Positions 1 through 11,000 of a DNA stretch of 64,000 nt are shown one piece after another. The number at the start of each line of letters is the position of its first letter. The first letter of the stretch is position 1. The stretch is taken from contig OZ024749.1 in NCBI GenBank assembly GCA_964016885.1, forward strand, positions 21,886,001-21,950,000, written 5' to 3'. The notes under the pieces are model-generated. The model ran no database searches. It was not told the DNA's origin and was given only the letters and a program-made list of their open reading frames with translations. The stretch is from Eledone cirrhosa (taxonomy: Eukaryota). The position numbers and the translations under genes are program-made.

Positions 1-2146
1 TGCGTGAGGTCTATGGAGCGTCTTCTTCTCTGGTGACACCGCTTCGCAGCAAGGATGGCAAAGAACTTCTTCGTGACTCACAAGGAATTCTACGAAGGTG
101 GCGAGAGCACTTTGATGATCTTTTGAATCAGCCGTCTGTCGTCAATGAAGATTTTCTCAATCTCATTCCAGAAAGTCCTGTGAAAGTAGCTCTCGCAGAA
201 CCTCCGACGCTTGTGGAGGTTGCAGTGGCTATCTCGAAGCTGAACAGTGGAAGGTCTCCAGGTATGGATGGCATACATGCTGAGCTCCTACAATATGGTG
301 TTGAGAGACTCCTGCAACATCTTCATTCTTTGTTTGGCAGGATATGGGCTAATGAATCCGTACCTGAGGACTGGAGAGATGCAGTAATGGTGGTCTTGTA
401 CAAGGGAGAGGGTAACAGGAATGATTGTGGGAACTACAGAGGTATATCATTGCTTTCTGTCGTAGGGAAAGTTTTATGTAGGGTGCTTCTTCTGGACCGT
501 CTGCTGACACACAGTGCAGATTGTGTTCTTCCTGAAAGTCAATCTGGTTTTCGTGCTGGACGCGGCACTACTGATATGATCTTCTCAGCTAGACAGCTCC
601 AGGAGAAGTGCATGGAACAAGGTTTGGATCTGTATCAGGTTTTTGTCGATCTGACAAAAGCTTTCGATACTGTTAACAGAGATGCATTATGGAAGGTTCT
701 CCAGAAACTTGGTTGCCCTGATAAGTTCCTTGCTTTAGTTAGGTCTTTCCATGACGACATGAAGTCTTGGGTTAATGTCGCAGGTAACATGTCGGAGCCT
801 ATCTCAGTAAAAAATGGAGTGAAACAGGGGGATATTCCAGCACCGACCCTGTTTGCCATATACTTTGCAATGGTTTTCTGTATTGCATTCAGGAATTGCG
901 AGCATGGTGTTTACATCTGATATCGAACCTCAGGCAGCATATTTAACATCAGGCGAGACCTCATGTATGCAGATGATTGCGGTCTTGTAGCGCACACAGA
1001 GAGTGATATGCAGCACATTTTGAATGCATTTTCTGACGCTTGCACTGCCTTAGGATTGACTGTCAGTCTCAAGAAAACTGTCGTCATGTACCAACTTGCT
1101 CCTGGTAAGCAGTACACTGAACCAAATATCTATGTGTATGGTAAACGTCTTGGGGTGGTTGATCAGTTTGTCTACCTGGGAAGCACTGTCAATCGATACA
1201 GCAACCTTGATAGTGAAATCTCACTTAGGATTAGGAAAGCAAGTGATGCTTTCGGAAAGCTAGAAAGGCGACTCTGGGGTCGGCGAGACATATGCAGGAG
1301 GACAAAGGTAAAGGTGTACAAGGCATGTGTGCTCTCTTGACTTCTTTATTCCTACGAGACCTGGGTCACATATCGACACCACCTTAAGCAATTGGAGCGA
1401 TTCCATCAGATGTGTCTCAGACGGATCCATGGCGTTCACTTGAGGGACCACATCAGTGATGTCGAGATTTTGGAAAGCTCTATGTGTGACAGTATAGAAG
1501 CTCTTGTGCTTAAGCAACGACTCCGTTGGAGCGGTCACCTTGCCAGGATGAAGGATTCTAGAATACCAAAACAACTCTTTTATGGAGAGTTAGTTAAAGG
1601 AAAACGACCACCACATAAACCAAAAAAGAGGTATAAGGATTCCTTGAAAGCCTCTTTGAAGGATGCTAACATCTCTGCTGATACATGGGAAAATATTGCT
1701 GCTGATCGTAATAAATGAGAAAGACTGTATATGAGGGAAAAGTTGCCTTTGAGGCATCTCGAATCGCATACGAGAAAGTAAAGCGGGATGTGAGGAAGAG
1801 CATTGCTGTTGTACTTCCAGACGGCGAGGGTCCTCCTATAGTGATGACATGCAGCGTATGTGCGAGACTCTGCCTAAGCAAAGCTGGACTCGAAAGTCAT
1901 CTTCGCAGTCATAAAATAAGACCAGTGGTTGACTACCAGGCTGCTGTTGGAGATGCCACTCATCATGCTTGCCAAGCATGTAGTAGAGAATGTAAATCAG
2001 CAGGAGGGTTCAAGCGACATGCAAAAGTCCACGAACTCCAACCGCAGCCGGCTATTCCCAGTGAATATTTTGGTTGCCGACTCTGTGCAAGACAGTTTAG
2101 ATCATTGGCTGGGCTAAAAAGCCATATTCGATCGCAGCGCTGTTAG
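1..2146 (+). mobile_element. Decayed RTE-clade LINE (RT plus C-terminal C2H2 zinc fingers), open at window start
   Basis: RT motifs SPGMDG, NYRGISLLS, QSGFRAGRGT, DLTKAFD, QGD, YADD, YLGS and RLRWSGH. In-frame TGA at 918-920 and 1338-1340, a probable deletion near 955 and a frameshift near 1716. Three C2H2-like fingers in 1715-2146. Confidence 0.93.
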
Positions 2147-2250
2147 TTGCTATCGTGTGTGTGTGTGTGTATAGATATGTTTATGTGTGTGCGTGTGTGT
2201 GTATATATATATGTATATGATTATTGTTGTTGTTGTCCTTATTATTACTG

Positions 2251-2294
<44 letters not shown>

Positions 2295-2302
2295 GTTGTT
2301 AT

Positions 2303-5300
2303 TCCTTGAATCTCAGTCATTGATGTTGGTTAACTGGAAAGTCCGTTGGATTAAATATCAAGCCACTACCTGCAGCCTCAGATATTCAGGACGTATCGGA
2401 GGGTTTTTGCTGTTCCAAGCAAGCATGCCTTTTGAAGCGTTCCAAAAAGCGTGAAGGGGCCGATTTTCTTTAACCATCCCTGGAAACTTTTGGAGATAGT
2501 CCCCAGTGCGCCTATGACAATCGGGATCACTTTGACTTCATGGCAGTTCCAAATCCTTTTCACCTCCCACTTTAGGTCCTGGTATCGGTTAATTTTCTCC
2601 CTCTCCTTCTCTTGCACTCTCGTGTCGAACGGGCAGGCCACATCCACAATCAGACACGATCTTTTTTCTTTGTCCACAACCACCAGGTCAGGTCTATTGT
2701 GTTCCAGTTTTTTGTCCGTCTGTATCCTAAAATCCCACAGCACCTTCACCTGATTGTTCTCCACCACCGCCTCTGGCCTATGCTCATACCATTTCTCAGA
2801 ATGTGGTAAATTGTTTACTTTGCACAGGTGCCAGTGGATCACCCTGCCCATCACATCGTGTCTCCAGCCCTTATAGTGGGTCTGGGCTAGGTGTTTACAC
2901 TCGGACACAATGTGAGCCACAGTCTCCTCTCTCTCTCCACAGATCCTGCACAGTGGGCTAGCCTCCTCCTTGTAGATATGGTGCTTCAACCACTTCGTTT
3001 TGAGGGCCTGCTCCTGCGCAGCCATTAGCATTCCTTCTGTAGCCTTTTTGAGGTCTCCTCTTCTCAACCAGTTCCATGTCTGTGGATCTCTAAATTCAGT
3101 TTTCTCAAAGAAGGTACTATGAAGGGATTTTCCCTTAAGGCTGCTCTTCCTCCTTGATGTTATTTCCTCCTTGGACATCCCCTGGCCTACTGTCCCCTCC
3201 TTCAGTACAGTTCTGAGCATTGGCTCCTTACTATAGGTCACGTATTTGTATAGGTTGTTTTTCTCCATCTGAACACAGTCCTCTATGCTGATAAGACCTC
3301 TTCCACCCTCAGATCTCCTTAGGTAGAATCTATCGACATCACTCCTCTTGTGGAACATGTTGTAGATAGTCAATAGCTTCCTAGTCTTCCTATCCATTTC
3401 TTTTTGTTCAGCAACATTCCATCTCAGAATTCCCGCACTGTACCTAATAATAGACACAGCTCGGGAATTTACTGCGCTTATGGCATTTCTGCTGTTCAGA
3501 TGTGACTTCAATACGCTCCTTACTCTCCGAATGTATTCAGTTCTTAACAATTCCTTCATTTTTTTGTTCTTTGTGCCATCAGCCTCCAGAACTCCCAAAT
3601 ACTTGTATCCTTCCTCAGAGTCAATTTCCTTTATCATCTCACCTGTTGGTATCTGGATCCCGTTACTTCTGCTCAACCTACCCCTCTTCATCACAATGAC
3701 TCCACATTTACCAATACCAAACTGCATACATATATCACTGCTGAAAATACGGACAGTGTCAACAAGCACATCCAACTCCTTCTCACTTTTCCCGAAGAGC
3801 TTAAGATCGTCCATGAAGAGGAGGTGATTGATGGTAAGCTCTCCCCTTCCCAACTTGTATCCTGCTCTCACTTTTCGCAGCATAATGGTCAAGGGCATCA
3901 GGGCAAGGACAAACAACAGAGGGGACAGGCTATCTCCCTGGAAGATACCTCTCTTGATCTTCACGCTTCCCAAGGATACTCCAGTTGATGTCAACTCTGT
4001 CTCCCAGGACCCCATACTCGTGCCTAGCAACTGTCTGATGTTATCTGCCACCCTGAAGATCTCCAGGCTTTTGGTGATCCAGGAATGAGGCACCATATCA
4101 AATGCCTTTCTGTAGTCTATCCATCCCATGGCAAGATCAGTGTGTCTCCTCCTGCAATTCCCCATTACCATCTTATCAATAAGTAACTGGTCCTTTGTAC
4201 CACGTGACTTCTTTCGGCATCCTTTCTGTTCGTCCGGTAACAAGTTGTTTGTGTGGAGGTGATGGTAGATTTCCTCAGACACAATGCTTGTCAACAGTTT
4301 CCACATTACGGACAGACATGTGATAGGTCTATAGTTGGTAACATCATTACCCTTGATTCGGTCTTTCATTATCAGAACTGTGGTACCTTTTGTCAACCAC
4401 TCTGGCACCTCACCCGACACCAAGCAGTCATTGAACATGGCCGTCAGCTTCGGGTGGAGGGATGTTAAATGTCTAATCCAATACCCCTGCACACCATCTG
4501 GGCCTGGTGATTTCCAGTTGGTTAGTTTTTTGGCCTGCCCCTTAAGAGTTTCAACTGTGATACTCAAATCAGTTTGTTGTTGTGCCTGCTCACCGATCTC
4601 CCTCTGTACTGTCTCAATCCACCCTGCCTGGGCATTGTGTCTAACATCCTGCTCCCATATTCCTCTCCAGAATGTTTTAGTTTGCTCCGCCCCAGGGATC
4701 AAGTCGTTGCCTCTTTCTTTCCCCTCAAGCTGTCCAAACAGCATCTTCTGGTTGTTGTCGAACATGCGGTTCTGTTTATACTGACTGACTCTGTTCACGT
4801 ATCGCCTGATTTTTGCACTCTTTGCTACAATGCGTTGCTTCAGTTCCTCTATGGTAATATTTAGCTTTTTCCTCCTAGTTTTGTATTTTATTTCCAGTCT
4901 ATTTTTAGTGCCTATGTTTTTTAGTGTCCCATTCAGTAGTGACTCAAGCTTTCCTATGTCATTTCTCATTTCCCCGATTTGCCCACTCAGTCGCTTCTTC
5001 CACCACGGCTCTGCTCTTTCTTGTCTGTTGTTTCCTCTCGCTTTTATACCAAGTAGTTTCCTCACCGTATTTGCTGTTGCTTTGAGGATATTGTTGCACT
5101 GGTGAAGGCTCCTCGCCTCAAGGTATGGGATGACTTTGTTTACCTTAGCTGTTGTTTCTTTTAACTTTTTCCTGTCTACAAATCTTAGGTTCATAGGTCT
5201 CCCACTATCATTGTTCAATTCATCTACCACTAAATTTAGGATGTCAACCGAATCTTGTCCTAGCCCGTCAGCATTCATCTTCTCAGTGGCCGTATCTCTG

Positions 5301-5620
5301 TTCCAGGTATTATTTATCTCAGTATTCAGATCATTGTCTGCTTCGGGTGGTTCCTCCGTTCTCAGGACCTCTTCACCTTCATTTCCCACTGGCTCGCTTG
5401 TCTGGCATACTACACCCGCCACCTCCAAGCCATTCTCTCTGCTCAGTTCCTCCAGTTCCAGCTCGCTTATCCATCCATTAGTTCTTATTACCCGAGCCTG
5501 CCCGGCCAATTTTTGTTCATCTAATTTAAATAAACCAATCTCGTTCCAGAAGTTATGCATCCGTCTCCTGTAGCCCCTCTCCTTGGGGTTACTTTTCAGG
5601 TAACATTGCATAACAGTTCT
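2303..5620 (-). mobile_element. R4/Dong-clade non-LTR retrotransposon, slightly 5'-truncated, with (TAA)n at the 3' end
   Basis: Single RT+RLE ORF. Both ends abut TAA/TTA repeats, the known target of Dong elements. Confidence 0.92.
2378..5611 (-). CDS. Dong/R4 ORF: reverse transcriptase, CCHC knuckle, restriction-like endonuclease (1077 aa)
   Basis: CYLKSNPKERGYRRRM N-terminal motif; KSPGPDG, YRPITCL, DYRKAFD, QGDSLSP, FMDD; CRICGEREETVAHIVSEC; RHD; RPDLVVVD...DVACPFD...KINRY. No internal stops. Confidence 0.95.
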   Translation of the reverse strand: MQCYLKSNPKERGYRRRMHNFWNEIGLFKLDEQKLAGQARVIRTNGWISELELEELSRENGLEVAGVVCQTSEPVGNEGEEVLRTEEPPEADNDLNTEINNTWNRDTATEKMNADGLGQDSVDILNLVVDELNNDSGRPMNLRFVDRKKLKETTAKVNKVIPYLEARSLHQCNNILKATANTVRKLLGIKARGNNRQERAEPWWKKRLSGQIGEMRNDIGKLESLLNGTLKNIGTKNRLEIKYKTRRKKLNITIEELKQRIVAKSAKIRRYVNRVSQYKQNRMFDNNQKMLFGQLEGKERGNDLIPGAEQTKTFWRGIWEQDVRHNAQAGWIETVQREIGEQAQQQTDLSITVETLKGQAKKLTNWKSPGPDGVQGYWIRHLTSLHPKLTAMFNDCLVSGEVPEWLTKGTTVLIMKDRIKGNDVTNYRPITCLSVMWKLLTSIVSEEIYHHLHTNNLLPDEQKGCRKKSRGTKDQLLIDKMVMGNCRRRHTDLAMGWIDYRKAFDMVPHSWITKSLEIFRVADNIRQLLGTSMGSWETELTSTGVSLGSVKIKRGIFQGDSLSPLLFVLALMPLTIMLRKVRAGYKLGRGELTINHLLFMDDLKLFGKSEKELDVLVDTVRIFSSDICMQFGIGKCGVIVMKRGRLSRSNGIQIPTGEMIKEIDSEEGYKYLGVLEADGTKNKKMKELLRTEYIRRVRSVLKSHLNSRNAISAVNSRAVSIIRYSAGILRWNVAEQKEMDRKTRKLLTIYNMFHKRSDVDRFYLRRSEGGRGLISIEDCVQMEKNNLYKYVTYSKEPMLRTVLKEGTVGQGMSKEEITSRRKSSLKGKSLHSTFFEKTEFRDPQTWNWLRRGDLKKATEGMLMAAQEQALKTKWLKHHIYKEEASPLCRICGEREETVAHIVSECKHLAQTHYKGWRHDVMGRVIHWHLCKVNNLPHSEKWYEHRPEAVVENNQVKVLWDFRIQTDKKLEHNRPDLVVVDKEKRSCLIVDVACPFDTRVQEKEREKINRYQDLKWEVKRIWNCHEVKVIPIVIGALGTISKSFQGWLKKIGPFTLFGTLQKACLLGTAKTLRYVLNI

Positions 5621-5649
5621 AATAATTATTAATAATAATAATAATAATA

Positions 5650-5682
<33 letters not shown>

Positions 5683-5897
5683 GAATGCCATGGTTGACGG
5701 AGGCTCGGCTCTGTAAGGTATAGTAATTTTTAACCGTTAAAACAATTGTAAATTGTTTAAAACTTGAACCAAATTGTTGATAAAGACACCCTCCTCCTCG
5801 TGAGAGGGGTCTTTCTGTCCGTTATTTGGCCCTTCGGGGTTAAATAATCAGTTATTGAGGTTTTGTACCCAAAATTTCATTTTAAACAAAAAACAAC

Positions 5898-7997
5898 ATG
5901 GCTACGAAAAAGAAATTTCATACGTCACTCCCACTCATTCCGTCTTCTTCTTCCTCAATCATCACTACAGCAGAGAGAAGATTGTCTCTTTCCCTCCCTT
6001 CTTTAAATGTGTCTCTCTCCCTCCCTTCTCTTTCGCAAGCAACGAAAGAAAAGAAAAGTCTCGTGCAAAGCGTGCAAGGTTTCTCCACGACGACGACGAC
6101 GACAGCGACGAAACAGGTGTGCGGGAAATACGAAAACCCAGTTCATTCGTCTGACGTCAGGAATAATAGCAGTAGCAGCCGTAATAACAACAGCAACAGT
6201 GACAATGAAAACAACAGTAGCAGCCGCAACAGCATCACCAGCAACATAAACAACAACAGCATTAGCAGCAGCAACACCAACAACAACCACAGCAACAGCG
6301 GCGGAGGCAGTAGTCGTAGTACCTGCAGCAACAACAAAAGTACCAGCAGCTCTGACGACAACAACAACAGCAGAGAAAAACCAATCTCATTTGCAGGTAT
6401 TGCGAAAAACTTGGAAACAATCCTCATAACAAATGAGGAATTAGAGGAAGCGAAGAAGATGGTGACAAAGAACGGACACCGAGCAATCTGCAAGGCAGCG
6501 GAAAAGTTTTTCGAGACCCAAGAGCACTGTACGGTCACGTACCGTACAGTAAGTACAAAATCCCGTAGGGTGGAAAGAGCCACAGAGGCCCAAATACAAA
6601 AAGCCTTGGGGTCTGTGTGGCAGCGGAAAACGCACATCACCCGAGGCAAAAAATATGCCACCGTAGACGTACTTTTTGCCACACCCCAGGAGGCAAAGGC
6701 CCAATCAGTAGTGACCCTAAGGAGCGAGGAAATGGTGTTGGTGCCCTCCTACTGCGGGCAAAAAATTGTGAGGGTCAAACTGACCCACGTCCCCCCCGGA
6801 ATGACCCCTTCTTGGCTGGCCGCGTCTGTCCTCGTCGGAATCGAGGACAAAACAACTGTACTGCAAGTACAGAAAAAAGTAAGAGAAGATTGGGTCGGCT
6901 CCTCCATTGAGATGCTAATCCAAACCAACCAGGAGTGCATCGAAGCTATCCCGGATGTGATAGACTTCGATAACGGCACTCAACTGCCCATAAGTGTTGA
7001 GGGCAAACGCCCGAAATGCTTTCGCTGTGGATCGAAGACTCACCTCAGGGCCTTCTGCAACGAGAAGACCCTGAGAAAGGAGAAAACCCCCCTCCTTCCG
7101 AATCCGGCTCCACGGCTACCAGCAACAGGACAAGCGGCAACCAGGAACGATAGGTCCGTGGCACCCATACCCACTCCACGGAAATCAAAGACAGCAGCAG
7201 CAGTGGAAATATTAACAACAACAACAGCAATACCAAATGCAGCTGCAACAGAGACTCCAGTGCAAACATCACCAACAACAACAAGTGAAAGAGTGGAGCT
7301 GGTACCCCTCCCCGACCTTACAGAATCAGACATGGAGTGTGAGGTGGGAGAGGGATGGCAAAAGGTCGCAAGAAGGCACAAACGCAGAAGCAGCGCATCG
7401 TCGCCTTTGAAAAGGGAGGAAAGAAATGAGAAAAGGGTAAAGTCTACTGCAAAGAGACCCACAGCAGCAACACCACCAACACCATCACCACCCACACCAG
7501 CACCACCATCACCACCGGCGACAACCCCACCGCCAACAACACCTTCAACACCACCACCACAAGCACCAACATCGCAAACACAACAACAAAACACACACAC
7601 CCAGCAACAACGACAAGAAAATAGCAGAACCACACCCCACCCCCAGAAAAACAAATGCACGGCAATAAACACACACAACAAGAAACTAATGACTTACATA
7701 ATTGAACACACAGACATTTCACAACAGGACTACATAATACCAGCACCAATCAAAACGCCAACTAACATAAGACTGCTAAAAATAGCACAGAAACAATACA
7801 CAAACATCAAAACGAAATTCCCCAACGCAGTTGGTGATTTCAGGGACCTAGGAGGAACCATCAATCGAAGAGTATATTCAGACATTCTCTTAGAAGAGCC
7901 GACGACCAGCCGAAGGGACGATTCAACGGTCCCTTCACCAGACGATCAAGTGAAAAGGGATGTAAAAACCATCCCTCCTCTACCAAAAGTACGGTAA
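5898..7997 (+). CDS. Tx1 ORF1 (gag-like, CCHC zinc knuckle, long low-complexity arms; 699 aa)
   Basis: CFRCGSKTHLRAFC knuckle; lies 35 nt upstream of ORF2. Confidence 0.85.
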   Translation: MATKKKFHTSLPLIPSSSSSIITTAERRLSLSLPSLNVSLSLPSLSQATKEKKSLVQSVQGFSTTTTTTATKQVCGKYENPVHSSDVRNNSSSSRNNNSNSDNENNSSSRNSITSNINNNSISSSNTNNNHSNSGGGSSRSTCSNNKSTSSSDDNNNSREKPISFAGIAKNLETILITNEELEEAKKMVTKNGHRAICKAAEKFFETQEHCTVTYRTVSTKSRRVERATEAQIQKALGSVWQRKTHITRGKKYATVDVLFATPQEAKAQSVVTLRSEEMVLVPSYCGQKIVRVKLTHVPPGMTPSWLAASVLVGIEDKTTVLQVQKKVREDWVGSSIEMLIQTNQECIEAIPDVIDFDNGTQLPISVEGKRPKCFRCGSKTHLRAFCNEKTLRKEKTPLLPNPAPRLPATGQAATRNDRSVAPIPTPRKSKTAAAVEILTTTTAIPNAAATETPVQTSPTTTSERVELVPLPDLTESDMECEVGEGWQKVARRHKRRSSASSPLKREERNEKRVKSTAKRPTAATPPTPSPPTPAPPSPPATTPPPTTPSTPPPQAPTSQTQQQNTHTQQQRQENSRTTPHPQKNKCTAINTHNKKLMTYIIEHTDISQQDYIIPAPIKTPTNIRLLKIAQKQYTNIKTKFPNAVGDFRDLGGTINRRVYSDILLEEPTTSRRDDSTVPSPDDQVKRDVKTIPPLPKVR

Positions 7998-8032
7998 GTG
8001 GTCTTTCCCATCTTTTCCACTCTATTTTAAAC

Positions 8033-11000
8033 ATGACCTCACTCAGAATAGGCAGCATAAATGCGCGTGGCTTGGGGTCGTCATGGAAGCAGGGTCACCT
8101 GTTCAACGACCTCAGGTCACTAAACATAGATGTAGTGGCCATCAGCGAGACCAGAATCTCCGAAGCACGGGCCTTCGCACCGATCTTCGGTGGCTACGAT
8201 GTGTACGCATCTCCCAGCCGTCCTGGATCCGGTGGAGGAGTTGCTGTACTTTTTCGGAGAGGTTTGGATCTCGCCCTACGGGCCATCTTCCTGGACCCAG
8301 AGGGTAAGCTGGTGGTGCTGGACGTGACCAGCGGAGACGGGCAAGCTTTCAGGCTAGTGGCCGTCTATGCCCCGACAGGAGCAGGGCGGCCTGATTTCTT
8401 CCGGCGTCTGGAGACCTTTCTTGGAACGTCGCGCTCTTTAGTGTTAGTGGGCGACTGGAACGGGATCTTAGATGCACGCTGGGACTGTGTGGGATTAGCG
8501 GATAGGGGTGGAGGGTGCAAGAGCCTCACCAACCTGCTCAGGCGTTTTGAACTGTCTGACAGGTACCGATTGGATTTCCCGAATGTGCCAATGTGGACTT
8601 GGACAAACCGCATAGGGTCATCCAGATCATATCTAGATAGAGTATTTTGTAGGGAAATAGATAGGTCTAGCATAGGCTGTCCACAATTCAAGATAGTCAG
8701 CTACACGGACCACAAATTCGTGATCTGTGTGCTTGACTTAGATAGGCTTCATAGACGAGGACCCGGCTACTGGAAGCTAAACGCGTCCTTACCAGCGCGC
8801 AAGGCCTACAGAGACCGGATTAGCGAACTAGTTAAGCGGGCGTTGACGGGGGCCATCGTCAACAACAAGTGGTGGTTTGCTCTGAAAAGAGCGATTAGAA
8901 TAGAATCGATTAGGTTTAGTAAGGCTTTAGCAATAGAGAAAAATAGAGCAGAGGGAGAACTAGTTAGAAAATTAGACGAGGCGCTTAGCAAAGGCATTGC
9001 GACCGACGTGCTTGCGGCGAAATTGGCCCTTGACCAATTCTTCAATGCAAAGCACGAAGGCTGCGTTGTCAGAGCTAGGGTGCGTGCTCTCAGACACGAG
9101 GGGACGAAAGCCGTTCAATGGGCCCGAGTGGCGGAGGCGCGTCGTGGCAACAAAGCCACGATCCGGTCTTTGGTGGACCACGACGGGCGCATGCTACTCG
9201 ATCCCGGGCAAATGTGTGAAGCTTTTCAGCGACACTTCGCTCAGCTGTTCGGGGGCAGCGGGGGGCCGGGTAGAGGGATGGACTTTAGTGTCTACCTCGA
9301 CGGACTGCCGCGGCTCTCGGCCACTGAGGCGAAGTGTTGCGAAAAGCCGATAACAGCCGCTGAAGTACGGGAGGCAATGACTGGCTGCACAAGGGGTAAA
9401 TCGCCTGGTTTGGATGGTCTGCCCTATGAACTTTACGTACAGATGCCAGACTTGTTCGGAGGCCTCTTGGCGGACGTCTACTGCAACTGGCAACAGAACG
9501 GGAGAATTCCCAGTTCTGTGAGCCGAGGAGCGGTGGCACTGCTGAGAAAGGATCCGAACAAGCGGGATAACATAGACAATTTCCGGCCCATAACTCTGCT
9601 AAACACAGAGTTTAAGATTTTGGCCAAGGTGCTAGCAAAGAGGTTGGCGCTTGTCGTTGGTGGTCTGGTGGGAGAGGCGCAGACATGCGCCATTCCCGAC
9701 AGATCCATCCACGACAACCTCCACCTCATGCGATACATCGTAGAGAGGGTAGCTAGGGAACCTGGCACGGGTGGGTCCTTGATCAATTTAGATCAGTCGA
9801 AAGCTTTCGATAGGGTCGACCATCGTTACCTAGCGGCAGTCCTGAGGGCGGCTGGCTTTGGGCCCGTCTTCAGAGGCTGGATCGCTGCCATGCACAGCGA
9901 CATCTGCTCTGTGGTGAGAGTGAACGGTCACCTGTCGGAACCGTTCAACATCATGCGCTCGGTCCGCCAAGGATGTCCCCTCTCGTCCCTCTTGTACGTA
10001 TTGACTCTCGAGCCATTACTGCACAAACTGGAGACGTTGAGGGGAGTCCCGCGCGAACTAGGATGCGGAAGATCCGTGTCAGCATATGCGGACGATGTCA
10101 CCGTAGTGGTGTCGAACGCCAAACACATCGAGGCGATCGGCACTACACTAAGAGAATACGAAGCGGTGACAGGAGCAATGATCAACCAGGAAAAGTCAGT
10201 GGGCCTGCAGCTCGGCACCTGGAGAGGCAGGTCCATGCCGTCCAACAGCGTCGTCGGGCGCTGGACGGACGGACCGGTTAAATTGCTAGGGGTCTGGTTC
10301 GGTCCGGACCTCCAGACGGACAAAAACTGGGACGAGGTGACGAGCAGGGTGGCTTCTCTCACCCAGAAATGGGCGGAGAGGAAGCTATCCCTGAAAGGTC
10401 GAGCGGAGGTGGCTAACGCGTACATCGCGTCTGTCATCTGCTACCGCCTAACCGTCGTACCTTGTCCTAAGCCTCGCCTGACTGCGCTGGAGCGTTTGCT
10501 CTTTCGCTTTTTGTGGAAGGGACGTGCTCCGATGGTCAGGCGGTCCATCTGTTGTCAACACCCGCTACGTGGAGGGCTGGGCATGCCGTGGCTGATGATG
10601 CGCAGGCACGCGCTCAGGCTACGACATCTCCACCTCTTCCTCGACGGTGATCAGGTGTGGTCGCCGTTTGCTAGACGCGTTTTTCCCCAGCTCGTTTCCT
10701 TGACGGAGCTGCAGTCCTGGGTCAAGCGAAGACCGAGAGGGAGCGCCTGGAGACTGGAATGTCTTCAGGCGCTCACAGCCCTCGACCAATCGGGCAATGT
10801 GATCGGTGAAAACTCCACCTCGGCGTTCTATAGAGGATTAGTGGAGGGGAAGAGCGACGACGTACTTGGGGAAACTCTAGGCGTCGACGAAAATCAACTA
10901 GCCAATCTCTTCGGAAGAACTTTCGGGCCGGGGCCTATGGACAACTTCCAGAAATCTCTGGCCTGGCAGTGCTACCGAGGAGCCTTGCCAGTTCGGGATA

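Noticed and set aside
918-1340. Recurrent in-frame TGA in the RTE ORF as programmed readthrough
   Set aside because: Explained by point mutation (e.g. CGA>TGA); a deletion and a frameshift also inactivate the copy.
5783-5841. TCCTCGT (HDV L3-like) in the Tx1 5'UTR
   Set aside because: Folds as a plain hairpin plus a UUCG hairpin; P1.1, P4 and J4/2 are absent.
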